NCBI RefSeq assembly: GCF_025526975.1 | Contig: NW_026515668.1 | Location: 930,001 to 994,000, forward strand | Length of the DNA: 64,000 nucleotides | Reading direction: 5' to 3' | Origin: Fimicolochytrium jonesii | Lineage: Eukaryota | Shown: piece by piece, positions 1 through 11,142 of the stretch | How the letters are laid out: each line of letters begins with the position of its first letter | Numbering within the stretch: position 1 is the stretch's first letter | Position numbers and translations under genes: made by a program | Notes under the pieces: generated by a model | The model's database searches: none | Seen by the model: the letters and a program-made list of their open reading frames with translations, nothing else | What the model was told of the DNA's origin: nothing

Positions 1-2217
1 CAATCCGGCACCCGCCCGTGGCAGTGGGGCGCCAAGGAACAAGCAGCATTTGACAGCATCAAGGCGCGCGTCGCCGATGCCCCTTGCCTGGCGTTCTTCG
101 ACCCCGATAAGTTCCCCTACGTCTTCTCTGACGCGTCAGGCTTCGCCGTAGGGGGCTGGATCAGTCAGGCCACGGACGGCGACTTTCCCATGCCGAATCC
201 ACTGCCCACCACGAAAAAGGGCCTCAATGACCTTCCGCGCCTCTGCGTCATCTCATATGACTCACGCAAGATGGCTCCGGCCGAAACCCGATACCCCGTG
301 CACGAACAGGAGCTCCTCGCATTGGTCAAAGTGATCCGCGCTAACCGCCACTACCTCATCGGTCGCCAATTCCGTGCATTGGTCGACCACAAATCCCTCA
401 TATACCTCCAGAATCAGCCTCATCTCTCCCGGCGCCAGGCCGGATGGGTGGAGTTCCTTCAGGACTACGACTTCAATATCGAATACCTCCCCGGCGAGTT
501 CAATCGCATCGCCGACATACTCAGGCACCCCGCTGTACGCCCTGAAGTGCGCCAGCTGTCAGATGAAGGTCGAAGTGTTCTCCATTGTCACCGGGACACC
601 TCTACCGGACATCACTGGCCGCCTCCCTACCGACGCCGAGTGGCTCACTGCGCTCGACGATGACAAGTTCTGCAAGGACACCCTCGCCCACCTGCAGACC
701 ACCGCAACGAACCCCGATGACCCCTCTACCCTCTCGGGTTTTGCCCGCCGCCTCACGCGCGACGACCGCGGCTTCCTTTTGTACCATGGCCGCCGCTACG
801 TCCCCAAGGGCCTTCGGGGCCCCCTCCTCAGGTTCTATCACGACTCCCTGGCCAACGGCGGCGACTCGGGTGTCCAGCGCACCGTCGCCAAACTCCTCGC
901 GCTCTACTACTGTCCCCGCCTCGAGCGCAAGGTCCACCATTATGTCCGGACTTGTCCCGACTGCCAACGCAACAAGCAGGCTTCCAACTTCGGGCGCCTA
1001 CGCAGCATTCCGGTCCCCAACGAGCGCTGGCGTTGCGTTGGCTTGGACATCTACTTCCCCACGACGAACTCTAAGGGGGGGGAAGCGGGAGACGAGTCCG
1101 TCATGGACAAGGGAGCCGTCCTCATCCTGGTGGACTACTTATCCAGCCGCGTAATCCTCCTCGAGACCCACCCCAAGGCGACGGCAAAGGAACTCGCCCA
1201 GCTGTTCTTCGACCAGGCCTTCCGCATCACGGGCATGCCCCACACAATCATCAGCGATCGGGACACCAAATGGACCGGCGCCTTTTGGAAGCACCTTCTG
1301 AAGTGCGCCGGCGTAGAGCAGGAACTCTCGTCGGCACGCCACCAACAGACCGACGGCAAGACGGAGAACGTCATCAAGACAATCAAGAAGATGATGGTCC
1401 CCTACCTGAACTACACCGGCTCAAACTGGCGCGAGATGCTTCCCCTCCTCGAGTACAACTACAACAGGACGCCCCAGACCTCCACGGGCATGTCCCCGTA
1501 CGAGATCGACATCGGGTACATCCCAAAGGTACCAGACCAATGGGGACCAGCGACCCAACAGAGCAACTGAAACAGGCCGATCGAAAGTGCATTGAGGAGC
1601 GCATGCAGCAACTGACCGAGGTGAGCCGCATCGTTCAGCACAGACTCCGAGAGGCCCAGGACAGGCAGGCAAGATACTACAACAGGAACAAGAATACGGA
1701 CGCGTTCGTAGTAGGCGACCAGGTCCTGCTGAACCGCGAAGGCATCCAGATCAAGAGTATCTCGGCCCGAAACAAGAAGCTGTCCGCGCTATGGATCGGG
1801 CCCTTCAACGTCAGCAGAAAAAGGCCCCACCCGGACACCTACGAGCTGGAGCTCTCCCACGAGTTCAGTGGACTACACCCGGTGTTCCACGTCAACATCC
1901 TACGCAGGTACAACCCTCCGGAGAACGGCCCATACCGAAAAGTGGACGCACCACCCCCCCCGGAGGAAGTCAGCAGCAAACTCGAACACCGAGTTAAAGA
2001 CATCCTCGACTCCAAGTGGGTACGCAACACCGAGATGTTCCTGGTCAAATGCGCCGGCTACGACGTGTCCCAGAACACCTGGGAGCCACTCCGACACGTC
2101 CGTGGCACCTCGGCCCACAAGCGATATGTCCGAAAGCAAGCCGCCAAGCGCCAGGAGACTCGGGAGACCAAGGCGAAGGAGAGAGCGGCAGTCTCTCGTC
2201 GCTGTAAACGTATCTGA
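1..2217 (+). pseudogene. pol: pol (RNase H-integrase-chromodomain) of element 1, disrupted
   Basis: Domains are split over three frames (1-663, 374-1570, 1270-2217), with frameshifts near 525 and 1550. The second His of the integrase HHCC appears replaced (HDSLANGGDSG). Confidence 0.88.
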
Positions 2218-2280
2218 ACCTTGTACATACATCAAAACAGAGTTTCTACTGTCCGAAATGATCATTACCATTACGGACTC

Positions 2281-2590
2281 ATGCGGGCGGGTACTAGTAC
2301 CAAGGCCTATGATGCGGGCGGGTACATAGTACCAGGGCCTATGATGCGGGGGGTATGTAGTACCAGGTCCTATGATGCGGGCGGGTACGAGGTACCAGGG
2401 CCTATGCGAGCGGGCAAGCGAGGTGTCAGGGCTCATGCGGGCGGGTATGCAATACCAAGGCCTAGGATGCGGGCGGATACAGGGTACCAGGGCCTATGCG
2501 AGCAGGCAAGCGAGGTGTCAGGGCTCATGCGGGCGGGTATGCAATACCAAGGCCTAGGATGCGAGCAGGTGCGAGGCACCAGGGCTCAGG
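2281..2590. repeat. Tandem array of about ten ~29-32 bp units inside the retrotransposon 3' region
   Basis: The unit ATGCGGGCGGGTA-N-ACCA(A/G)GGCCT recurs; one pair of units is duplicated almost exactly (about 2404-2467 and 2496-2558). Confidence 0.95.
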
Positions 2591-2676
2591 ACAATCGGTG
2601 AAGTACTAAAGGGAAACGCTCCAAAGAGATCAAATTCAACAAAATATATACAAGAAAGAAGAACGACGACGCCAGG

Positions 2677-3413
2677 CTAAATACCAGCCTGTGTGGCGAA
2701 AGACCATTGGCAATGTGAGCCGTGGCAGGCGGTCCCCATGCCACAACGCAGCGGGACAAACTGCTGGACGTTCATCTGGCTAGAGGGAGCGCGTCACGTC
2801 AGTGGCGGGACCTTTCGAAAATTCACGACTGTTGTACTTACGCGCGGACATGCCCCATACACTGGATGTGGTCGCAGGGGAAGACCCGCACGTCCTCGGC
2901 CAGACAATCGCAGTCGGGCCACACAGAGGTGCAGCGTAGCGCCTGGCAGAAGAGCGGCACTTCACACTCCTCCCTGAAACCGTCCACATGGCCGCACGTG
3001 AACTCCCCGATGGGCGTGTCGGTCTGTTGGGAAGAGACATGAGCTGTCAGTCATTCCACGGGAACCACCCATGACATGCGGTTCCTTACGGTGTCACCAC
3101 AGAGCGGGAGGATGCAAGGTCGGCATATAACGTGCTGGCAAGCCGAGAGGAACATCTTGCGGTGGCGGTACGTGTTGCAGTTCCAACTGGGGGTTCCGGG
3201 GTACTGTCCAAGTGCACCCCAGGGGTGTCCTGAGATAGATTTGGTCGAACCACGTAAGTTCGGTCAATTAGGCAACCTCCGTGGACTCACCACTCGCTGT
3301 CGCTTGAGAGCCTTCTTCAGGCTGTCCCCTGTGGTGGGGCCCTTGCCTACTTTCTTCTTGCCCGATGACGGGCCGGCGGCAGTGGGCTTGGCAGGAGGAG
3401 CTACGCTGGCCAT
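2677..3413 (-). CDS. Antisense four-exon gene for a basic N-terminus plus tandem RING-like Cys/His-rich protein (possibly frameshifted in this copy)
   Basis: Exons 3413-3291, 3229(or 3203)-3090, 3023-2842, 2779-2677. Introns GTGAGT..CAG, GTAAGG..CTGAC..CAG, GTAAGT..CTGAC..TAG. Translation includes WNCNTYRHRKMFLSACQHVICRPC and DCDCLAEDVRVFPCDHIQCMGH...LRCGMGTAC. Confidence 0.72.
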
Positions 3414-3514
3414 AGTGAAGAGGGGAACGGCGACGGTGAGAGGTTACGAGATTGGGAGCAAGAAATGTAAGTCCAGGGACTGGCGGGAAGGTGCCGAGGG
3501 GACTACTGCCTTCG

Positions 3515-3521
3515 TTTTATA
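3515..3521 (-). promoter_or_regulatory. Candidate TATA box (TATAAAA) for the antisense gene
   Basis: TATAAAA on the minus strand about 100 nt upstream of the ATG at 3413. Confidence 0.4.
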
Positions 3522-3755
3522 TGCCGCAGGGACAAGGACCATAGCGCCCCACGACCAGCTGCGGCCGAATCATCTCTACCTCAGATCGACGTGGATCTGA
3601 TTGCCATCGTGGTGACCACCGGTGACGCCAGCTGCTCCAGTAGAGCCATGTGCACTCCTCATGGCCGACACCTGTGTCAGCTTCACATCAAGTAACAGCG
3701 GTGAGCGACTGACAGGTGCGGTCGGTGTCGGAGTGACACTTGGCTCTAAGGGGGG

Positions 3756-3974
3756 TGTAATGAGGTGCTGCAGGTGTCACCTTAGTGCGGGGAAGCGCGT
3801 AGGGCATGAGATCACGTGTAGCATAGATTATATTGGGGTTCTACGCTCTGGGGTGACTCCCAAAGGGAAGAAAAGCCTTCGGGCGGCGCCCCGGGAGGTG
3901 GGAACTCTAGAATTCTTTCAATACATTGAGCGGAGACAGAGCTAGCCTCTGGCAACGGACCTAGCATTATTACA
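3756..3974 (+). repeat. 3' LTR of element 1 (219 bp)
   Basis: Begins TGTAAT directly after the PPT and ends ATTACA (6-bp inverted termini). The PPT AAGGGGGG is identical to that of element 2. The partner LTR is not in the window. Confidence 0.78.
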
Positions 3975-4872
3975 TCGTTCCCCCAACGGCGTCGTGGAGA
4001 ATAGACGGAAGCACCCTACACCCTTCAAGCTTGGCCTTACGCCCCTCACGCTCGCCCTTACGCCCTTCACGTTCGGTCTTACAGCTTCACGCTCTCAGCG
4101 CCGTGGTTTACCATTTGGTACGGCTGGTACGTAGGGGGGTAGGCACTACTACCCCAGAATTCATTTCCCACAAATACTCATCATCCAAAAAACGAATCAT
4201 GGCTCGAGTCCTGCAACATAGGGCACTCAACTCTCCTCTTCCGCTTATGCAGATACCGATAGACGTACATGTGCAGTTTTCGTGTTTGAACCGGAGATGA
4301 GATATGGTGGGTGATCAATGATGACTGATGAGGCTTTGCGAAAAACCGGAGATGGAATGGGGACAGGATGGTTGGACAGAAACAGGATGGTTGCACGGTT
4401 ACGGGATGGTTGGACGGAAACGGGAGACGCAAGGATGGGATGTGGAACTGCCACCTCGTTGCTGCAGGCGTCCCTCTGTCTGATATGGGCCCATACGCAG
4501 ACCGCCATCAATGCCCGCCATAATATCGCACTGAGCATCGTTTTCGCGACGCTTCTTAATGATGGGGATGCTCATCAGTATATGAATGTGACAAAGTGCT
4601 AGATCTCTGGTGACTCTAGCCGTAGTCCCTTCAATAGCATCATTGTACAGTAGTAGTCAAAATGCTGTACAAACATCGGCCACGCTTCGGCCAGGTCTAC
4701 AGAAAAGATCCAGTCCTGATCAGGGCCGCTGCCGGATTCACCTGGAATATATCGGCGGCCACAACGGATGTGTTGAACTTCGGCGCATCGAGTCCGGAAA
4801 CCGTCACAGTAACCGGATATGGCTTGACGAACTTCATTATTTCTGGAGGCGCCGTGCAGCCGACCTTCCAAT

Positions 4873-5066
4873 GTTAACCCTAACCCAAGAGAGGTGACCT
4901 AACACTCCCGAGACCCAAGTTAGGGTTGCGGGTAGGGTTAGGGTCGTTGCGGGTTGCGGTTAGGGTTAGGGTTAGGGTTGGGTTAGGGTTAGGGTTGTGG
5001 GAAAGGAAAATGTGCTCGTACAGCGTTGCGCCAATAATGAAAAGGGTTAGGTTAGCGTTAGGGTTA
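4873..5066. repeat. Interstitial telomere-like repeats, TAACCC then degenerate (TTAGGG)n
   Basis: taaccctaaccc at about 4875, then many ttaggg/ttgcggg units from 4920 to 5066. Confidence 0.9.
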
Positions 5067-5076
5067 TATCCTGTGC

Positions 5077-5115
5077 GAAATTCTACCAAGTGCGGGTAAA
5101 CGGCGGGAGTAACTA
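5077..5115 (+). other. 39-nt fragment of 28S (LSU) rRNA, helix 68/69 region; not a functional rRNA gene
   Basis: GAAATTCtACCAAGtGCGGGTAAACGGCGGGAGTAACTA matches the recalled conserved eukaryotic LSU sequence GAAATTCAACCAAGCGCGGGTAAACGGCGGGAGTAACTA at 37 of 39 positions. Confidence 0.85.
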
Positions 5116-5855
5116 CATACAGAGTCCATTCGGACCTCGCGTCCTCTTTCTACTTCAGACAACACTGTATAACTTCATATACAATAAAGGGCTTCGTCTC
5201 CCCATTACACAGAGTTCGCTCATTATCTGTTTCCTCTGCCAGCTACCGCTAAGTGGTTATGAGCCCTGGCTTCGCCCGCAACTTGCGTACGAGTCAGGAT
5301 AAAGAACTCACGGTCTCCCGTCACCGGTTCCCTCAGTAAGCACCATGCAACCTAAGGATTCAACAAACCAAACTCAGAAAGCACGCTCTGAGGATAAAGT
5401 GAGGGAGATTGCGTGCCAGACGGGGCCATTACCGTTCGCGCCGGTAAGTATGGGTCATGGGAAATGCTTCCTTCAAGTCAGGGAGACAGGGGACCCGGCA
5501 AAATGCTGATCTATGTTTGTTTCATTTCACGACACGACATATATTTACAGAAAGTGGAAGCCAAATATCTCCTCGGGGAAGTACGGTAATGGGGCGCGCC
5601 GGCACTCTCTTTGCCGCAGAAGGGGTTGGAGCAGTATGTCGCGCGGCGGCGGTATGTGTCGCAGCCGCCGCAGACGACGATGCCCGTGGTGGGGATTTTG
5701 GTAGGGAGAGAGGGCTGGGCCGGCTTTGAGGTCGTAATTTTCATGTATATCATGTGCGAAATCACACGATGTTTGCTGCCGAGACCCTCCTTCCGATGTT
5801 CCTTGTCCTCGCATACTACGCTCAACGTCCTATATCCTTTGCTATCGCTGAGCCT

Positions 5856-6694
5856 CTAATCCTCGGCCGCGGGCGCCTCCTCCTCCAAATATTTGACCAG
5901 CCTAACCCTCAACTCCGTCACCTCATCCCCCCTTAACACATCGCTCACAAACCACGCCTCGACCTGCATCTGCACCATCTCGAGCGCGCCGCGCAGCACC
6001 CCGCACAGGATGTTGGAGTACCATAGTTCGGTCACGGCGTCATCTGGCAGCTCGACGAACTCGGATAACGGGTTGTCGTCGAGGATGAGCGAGAATTCTT
6101 TAGAGTCGGCGGAGAAGGAGGTTATTGTGGGGGTTATGTTGAGGAAGATCTTGAAGCCGACCTGCGGGTTGGGAAGGTCGTTGAGAACTTGATCATCAGA
6201 AACCGTCATGAATAATATCTTTGGCCGCTAGATTCATCGCTCTCACCTTTGCTATCGTATCAGCCGTCTCCCGAAAGTCGCCACACTTGTTCACCCCAGA
6301 CTTTGCCAGAAAGTCTTCAATCAATTTCACTCCAATATTGTATCCCCTACAAATTGATAGCCCATAGGAAACAGTCAGCCTTACCACACTAATACAGCCG
6401 CCTATGTACGTTGCGCGGCCGGCTTCCCTCTCCCCGCCCCCAAAAAACGAACCTACATCTTATCTAGATGCTTATTGACCTCAATATAGTTCTCGTGGTC
6501 TTTGATCAGCTGGGCGACAACGGAGCCGTATGTGAGGGTGAACAGCTCGGCGCTCTGCCAAAACGGACCGAAAAGGGTTTGGGGTTAGTGAGGGCGAAGG
6601 ACGGGGTGTTGAAGATGAGCGGAACTTCACGCACGATCTTGTCGACGCGGGTCTTCCATATGTCGTCGCCTGTCTGTCGTGGTTGCTTGAGCAT
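5856..6694 (-). CDS. BET3: TRAPP complex subunit Bet3/TRAPPC3 (4 exons)
   Basis: [60 protein letters not shown]. Confidence 0.97.
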
Positions 6695-7777
6695 GGCTTA
6701 TTTCGGTTCTGGTGGGGAGGCGAGAGAGGATGGGGTTTGGGGTGGGGATGGGTCTTTGAGGCCTTGTCAATCTGCTTGTCAATGGGTTTTCTGAGTGAAC
6801 GAATCCCCACCGTCGCCTCGCATGGGATATGGGTTTGCTAGAGGTTAATAATACAAGGCTGGCCACGGCGGCGTTGCCGCCTCTAAGGTCCAGAAGGCTC
6901 TAAGCGCAGGTCCAGGGCTGGCCAGAGTGCAGTACCGGATATTCGGGACATTTTGACGGTCGGATGGTCTGGCCAGATGGTTTGGTCAGGAGTGGATAAT
7001 CTAAACCAGATTCTTCTGGTTCATTTCCCGCCGTGGAGGGTGTCGGGCACTTTCTCATTCATTGTCTGGCCAGGGCTGGCCAGAAGTGCGGTACCGGATA
7101 TTCGGTACATTTCACACGCGGGGTGTACCGGCGAAGGGTTTGGCCAGATGAAGTGGAAGGCTCTAATAAGTTCGCCTGGGGCGGCCCAGGGCTCCAAAGG
7201 CGCGCGTGGTAAGGCAAGCGTCCGAGAGAGCTCGCCGTGAAGGCCGTAAGTCCGCCGGTGAAGGCTCCAAGTCCGTTAAGTTCTGTATAGACGGGCGGCC
7301 ACCGTACAGTACCTTCCTTCCCCTTCCTTCCGAACGCAATTGTGAGCAGTAAGCATCCCCGTTTTCAGCTTCAACCGCCACCAGGTAACAACCCCAATTC
7401 TTCACCGTTCTCAGCTTCATTATTACCACAGCACTGACGCGAGTTCTTTGACACACAGCTATCACGGCAATCACCTGCAACACCTGTACTGTACATGTAC
7501 ACACACCAGGTGCCGGTACACACACAACCGATCGTACACACACAATGCCGAAACGATGCAACCACGTTGGAGACGCCTACGTCGGAGAGGCCTACGTCGG
7601 GGGAGCAGTTTCAAACGGGGGAGGAGGAGGAGGGGGAGGAGGAGGCCGGGGACTCGGCCCGAGCGCTGGCTCTCACAGTAGCGGGAGCCGTAGCATCTTA
7701 CGCACGATCGGCACCCGGAGCACCACTTAAATTACAAACCTCAACATCAACTCAACAATCCCCTATTTAACCCTACC

Positions 7778-9937
7778 CTACAACGCCTCATACGCCGCCA
7801 ACCTCCAGAGCCCCACCCTCCCCTTATCATTCCCAACCGCCAGGTACCCACCCCCCGGCGAAAACGCCACCGAATTGACATACCCCAGCGGCGTCATTCC
7901 CGTCGGCCAGTTCAGAAACACCCGTCGTGTGGGCACATGTAGTAACTTCAGGGCATCCTTTTTGTCCCGCGAGGCCATGGCGAGGATTTGGGAGTCGGGG
8001 GAGAAGAGGAGGGAGGTGATGGGCGTTGTTAGGTTGAGGATTGTTTTGAGGGGGGTGGGGTGAGGGGTGTTGAGGTAAGCGGAGGGAGAGTAGATGTTGA
8101 TGACGCCGGTGTCGGAGCTGGGGGGTGGGGGGAATGGGGTTAGGTGTGTGCGAGAAGGGGTTTGATGGGGATGAACTCGTTCTTACCCTGTGGCGATCAA
8201 GTCGGTTGAGGATACGGCGAGACAGGTGGCTTTGACACATCCTTCGTCGAAGAACCTGTGGGTGCATTTCCGGGTTTCTAGGTTCCAGATGTAGATCTCG
8301 CCGTCGCCTGCATCAAAACAGAGGGAGGAAATATAATCAGAGGTACGTTCACCAAAGCGGGGATGTGACTGCACACGTACCACCAAGAGAGTACATTGAC
8401 TCCCCATCCGCGGAGAACTGGACGGCCACGATGCGTCCGTTCATCTTCAGGTTCCCAATCCATTGCTTGGTATCCTTCGACACGAGGATGATGTAGCCGT
8501 CGCGGCCGAGGAAGACGATGTACTTGTTGTTGGGGGAGATGTAGGATTGGGCGAGGCTTGTTTCGTCACGGCCTTAGGGAGATGAGAAAAAAGAGTAAGC
8601 AACTGGTCTTGCATCCCCAAACCGACATTCCAAGTATAATAAAATCCAAACCTCGTATCCCCGGTACCCTCATCACAACACCCTTCTCAACATCATACGA
8701 ATAAAAAAACTTGCGTTTCCCCGTCATAACAACCTCCTTCCCGTCCGGGCTGAAATGGGCGGTGTGTAAAGGCAGGTCTTTGATGTGGATGCTCTGGATT
8801 TTGGGGTTTATCCGGCCGTCGATCTGGAAGAGGCGGAGCGTCTTGTCGTAGCCGCAGGTGAGCAGGACGGGCGCTGTTGGGTGGAATTCGATGGATTGGA
8901 CGACCGACTGGAGGTGGGAAACCATTGAATTTAGTCACGAGGGGCTATGGAGATATCCAAGCGTTGGCGGACCCCGTACCTGAGAGTACGCCATCTGGTT
9001 GGCATCCTTCATCCGCACAATATCCAGCGACTCCGGGGACAACTGCTTCGCCTGTCTGCCTTTATCCACAATCCCCATACTCGTCCGCAGAATCCTCAAC
9101 AAATCATCCGACGAGCTGCCCCCGTTCTCCTGGTCCCTTAATTTAATCGTCGCCCACTGCGGCGTCGGGTGCATCTTCACAAATTGCTGCCGTAACCGTT
9201 GCTCGTACTCCTTTCCCGTTAGAACCTTTTCGGAGTAATCTAGTCGGAGTTTGCGCAGGCGTTTGGAGTCGATGATGTTGACAGGGACGTCGTCGTCGTC
9301 GGACCAGGCGGCGGGGAGGTCGGAGGACAGCAGCTTTTCGGTGGTGGAGACTGGTGGTTGAGGTTCGGTCTCGGTTGTGCTGTCATGGATTTCCTCCGCG
9401 TGTTTCCCGCCTGTGTCGATGAAAAACCCAAAGTCCTAGAAGACAAGAACACCAAGTCAGCACCCGTTTCTCCCATTTCGGCCCTTTTGCACGTTGGGCA
9501 AGCCATACCTCTCCCGCATCGCTCCCCTCTAGGCCATCCCCTCCATCAATCACAATCTGATCCGCCTCCTCACTATGCCCCCGCTCGTCTCGCTCGTCAT
9601 GTTCTCCCACCCCATACCCCCTTGCAGCCTCCACCAACCTCTCCCTCACACCCGTCACATCCCCACCAAACACCAATTCCTCCAACTCCAGCTCTTCATT
9701 GTCCTTCGGGTCCAAAGCAGCCGCTGCCTCCTCAGCAGCGGTCTCCTGTTCTTTGCTGAGTGAGGCGGAGAGGAGGGAGTCGGCGGCGGTTTTCTTTTGT
9801 TTCTTCTTTTGGGGGCCGTCCGTTGTTGTTGGTTGTGCGGGTTTTGGTGGGAGCGGGATGGCGTCGTCTGCTGATGTTGGGGGATGGGGTGCGGCTGCTT
9901 TCCGCTTGCTGCCTGTTCTTGTTTGTATGGAGGACAT
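7778..9937 (-). CDS. UTP18: U3 snoRNA-associated WD40 protein Utp18 (multi-exon)
   Basis: ELELEELVFGG, RMKDANQ, QSIEFHPTAPVLLTCGYDKTLRLFQIDGRINPKIQSIHIKDLP, VFLNWPTGMTPLGYVNSVAFSPGGGYLAVGNDKGRV. Confidence 0.95.
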
Positions 9938-11142
9938 TGTGGTGCTTCTGTTGGTGGGGGGGGTGTTCTGCTCCTGCAATGTCGAGACTGTGCAAAGTGG
10001 GTTTCCCATTTTGGGGACGACCCTTTCTCTCGTAAGCGCAGGTGTGGCGCACGCTGCTCCGTCGCATGGGCGTCCCACTCTGCTTCCCACTTGACTTGCA
10101 AGCCCAAAAACACGCCGAAAAAGTTGGAAGCGGTTGTCTTGGACTGCTGTTGGGCTGCTTGGAACTCCTCTATGCTGCTGACGAGTGTACTGCGACGGAT
10201 GGACGGGGAGACCGGCTGGTGCGTGCGCCAACCTTCAGATACCGCCTGAAACGTATATTCTGCTCAAAGTCGCGACTTTCCCAGCGAGCGGATCACATGC
10301 GACCGTGGGCACCAGTGTATATTCTGCATTCTCTCACCCCTCACTTTGCATTAGAAGAGGCCAGAGCTGATCATTGAACACAGGTGAGCTTTAAGTTGCT
10401 AGACTATGGAATATGTGATTGCGGGTCACTCCTTTATCGGCTGTAATGCCCTGCTTCCACGATACAACTCACGCGCGGCACTGACGGAAGCATCATTAGG
10501 TTTGGAAAGATTAGGGCACTGAACTCCCCAGCAATTCACTACTCCATGGCAGCGTCGATGTATGATCCTGGGAATTATGACGACTGCCAAAACCCTTATA
10601 CTCAATGAGTTTGCACCTGAAGACGCAGAGGACGTTTTGTGGATGTTTGACCTGGACGGGTGGACGACGGTTTGGAAGCGAAGGGGGGTCCAGCTACGTG
10701 CTTTGATCACTTCGCTGGCCAACAGTGGGAGAGAAGTGCCATGCAATTTGATTTGATTTGGCAGCACGGAACTGCGTTACTTTGGTCAAGTCGTTGGAGG
10801 CCAGCAGTCATCCATTGACCGGCATGGGCGTTTCTCCCTGCGGGGGCCAATAATGACATTCAACTCCTGTACAAAGTGCCTCTTCCATCGCGTTAGAGTG
10901 ACATACCCGCAGCCATCTACTCCAGCTGGGCTTCCACCTATTCCGGACTCTCACATTCCCCCCCGCGGCCAAAATACCAGATTGTATGCACGAGCAGTGG
11001 GGTTGGAGTGTTGGGGAAAGCCCGAAAGCGACGCGTTCGAGGGTTGTTCGTCCCAGACGCGTTTTAGGAACCGTGCGTTCGCTCTCACACAGGGTTGTCT
11101 GTTCCTTCGGAAACTCCTGGCAATCCACCTCCCAACAGCAAC

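Larger units (their letters stand above)
1..3974 (+). mobile_element. Ty3/gypsy (chromovirus-like) LTR retrotransposon, 3' part; 5' part lies outside the window
   Basis: RT-connection/RNase H from base 1 (WQWGAKEQAAFDSIK...VFSDASGFAVG...YPVHEQELLAL...VDHKSL), integrase (CPDC, IISDRDTKWTGAFW, HQQTDGKTE), GPF motif and chromodomain (FLVKCAGYDVSQNTWEP). PPT AAGGGGGG at 3748-3755 is followed by TGTAAT...ATTACA. Confidence 0.93.

Noticed and set aside
2281..2590. CRISPR-like appearance of the ~30-bp array
   Set aside because: Units are contiguous with no unique spacers, no cas genes are present, and the context is a eukaryotic retrotransposon.
3076..3600. 174-aa + strand ORF as an env-like third ORF
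   Set aside because: No signal peptide or TM anchor; it is the reverse complement of the spliced minus-strand gene.
4599..4872. Possible minus-strand coding fragment abutting the telomere-like tract
   Set aside because: Short (WKVGCTAPPEIMKFVKPYPVTV...), with no recognisable family or start.
5116..5450. HDV-like ribozyme or group I intron after the 28S fragment
   Set aside because: GGACCTCGCGTCC resembles an HDV P3/L3, but P1, P1.1 and J4/2 could not be assembled by eye and no group I core motifs were seen; left as a test.
10300..10800. Protein-like short ORF (10562-10756)
   Set aside because: No recognisable motif or consistent exon structure.
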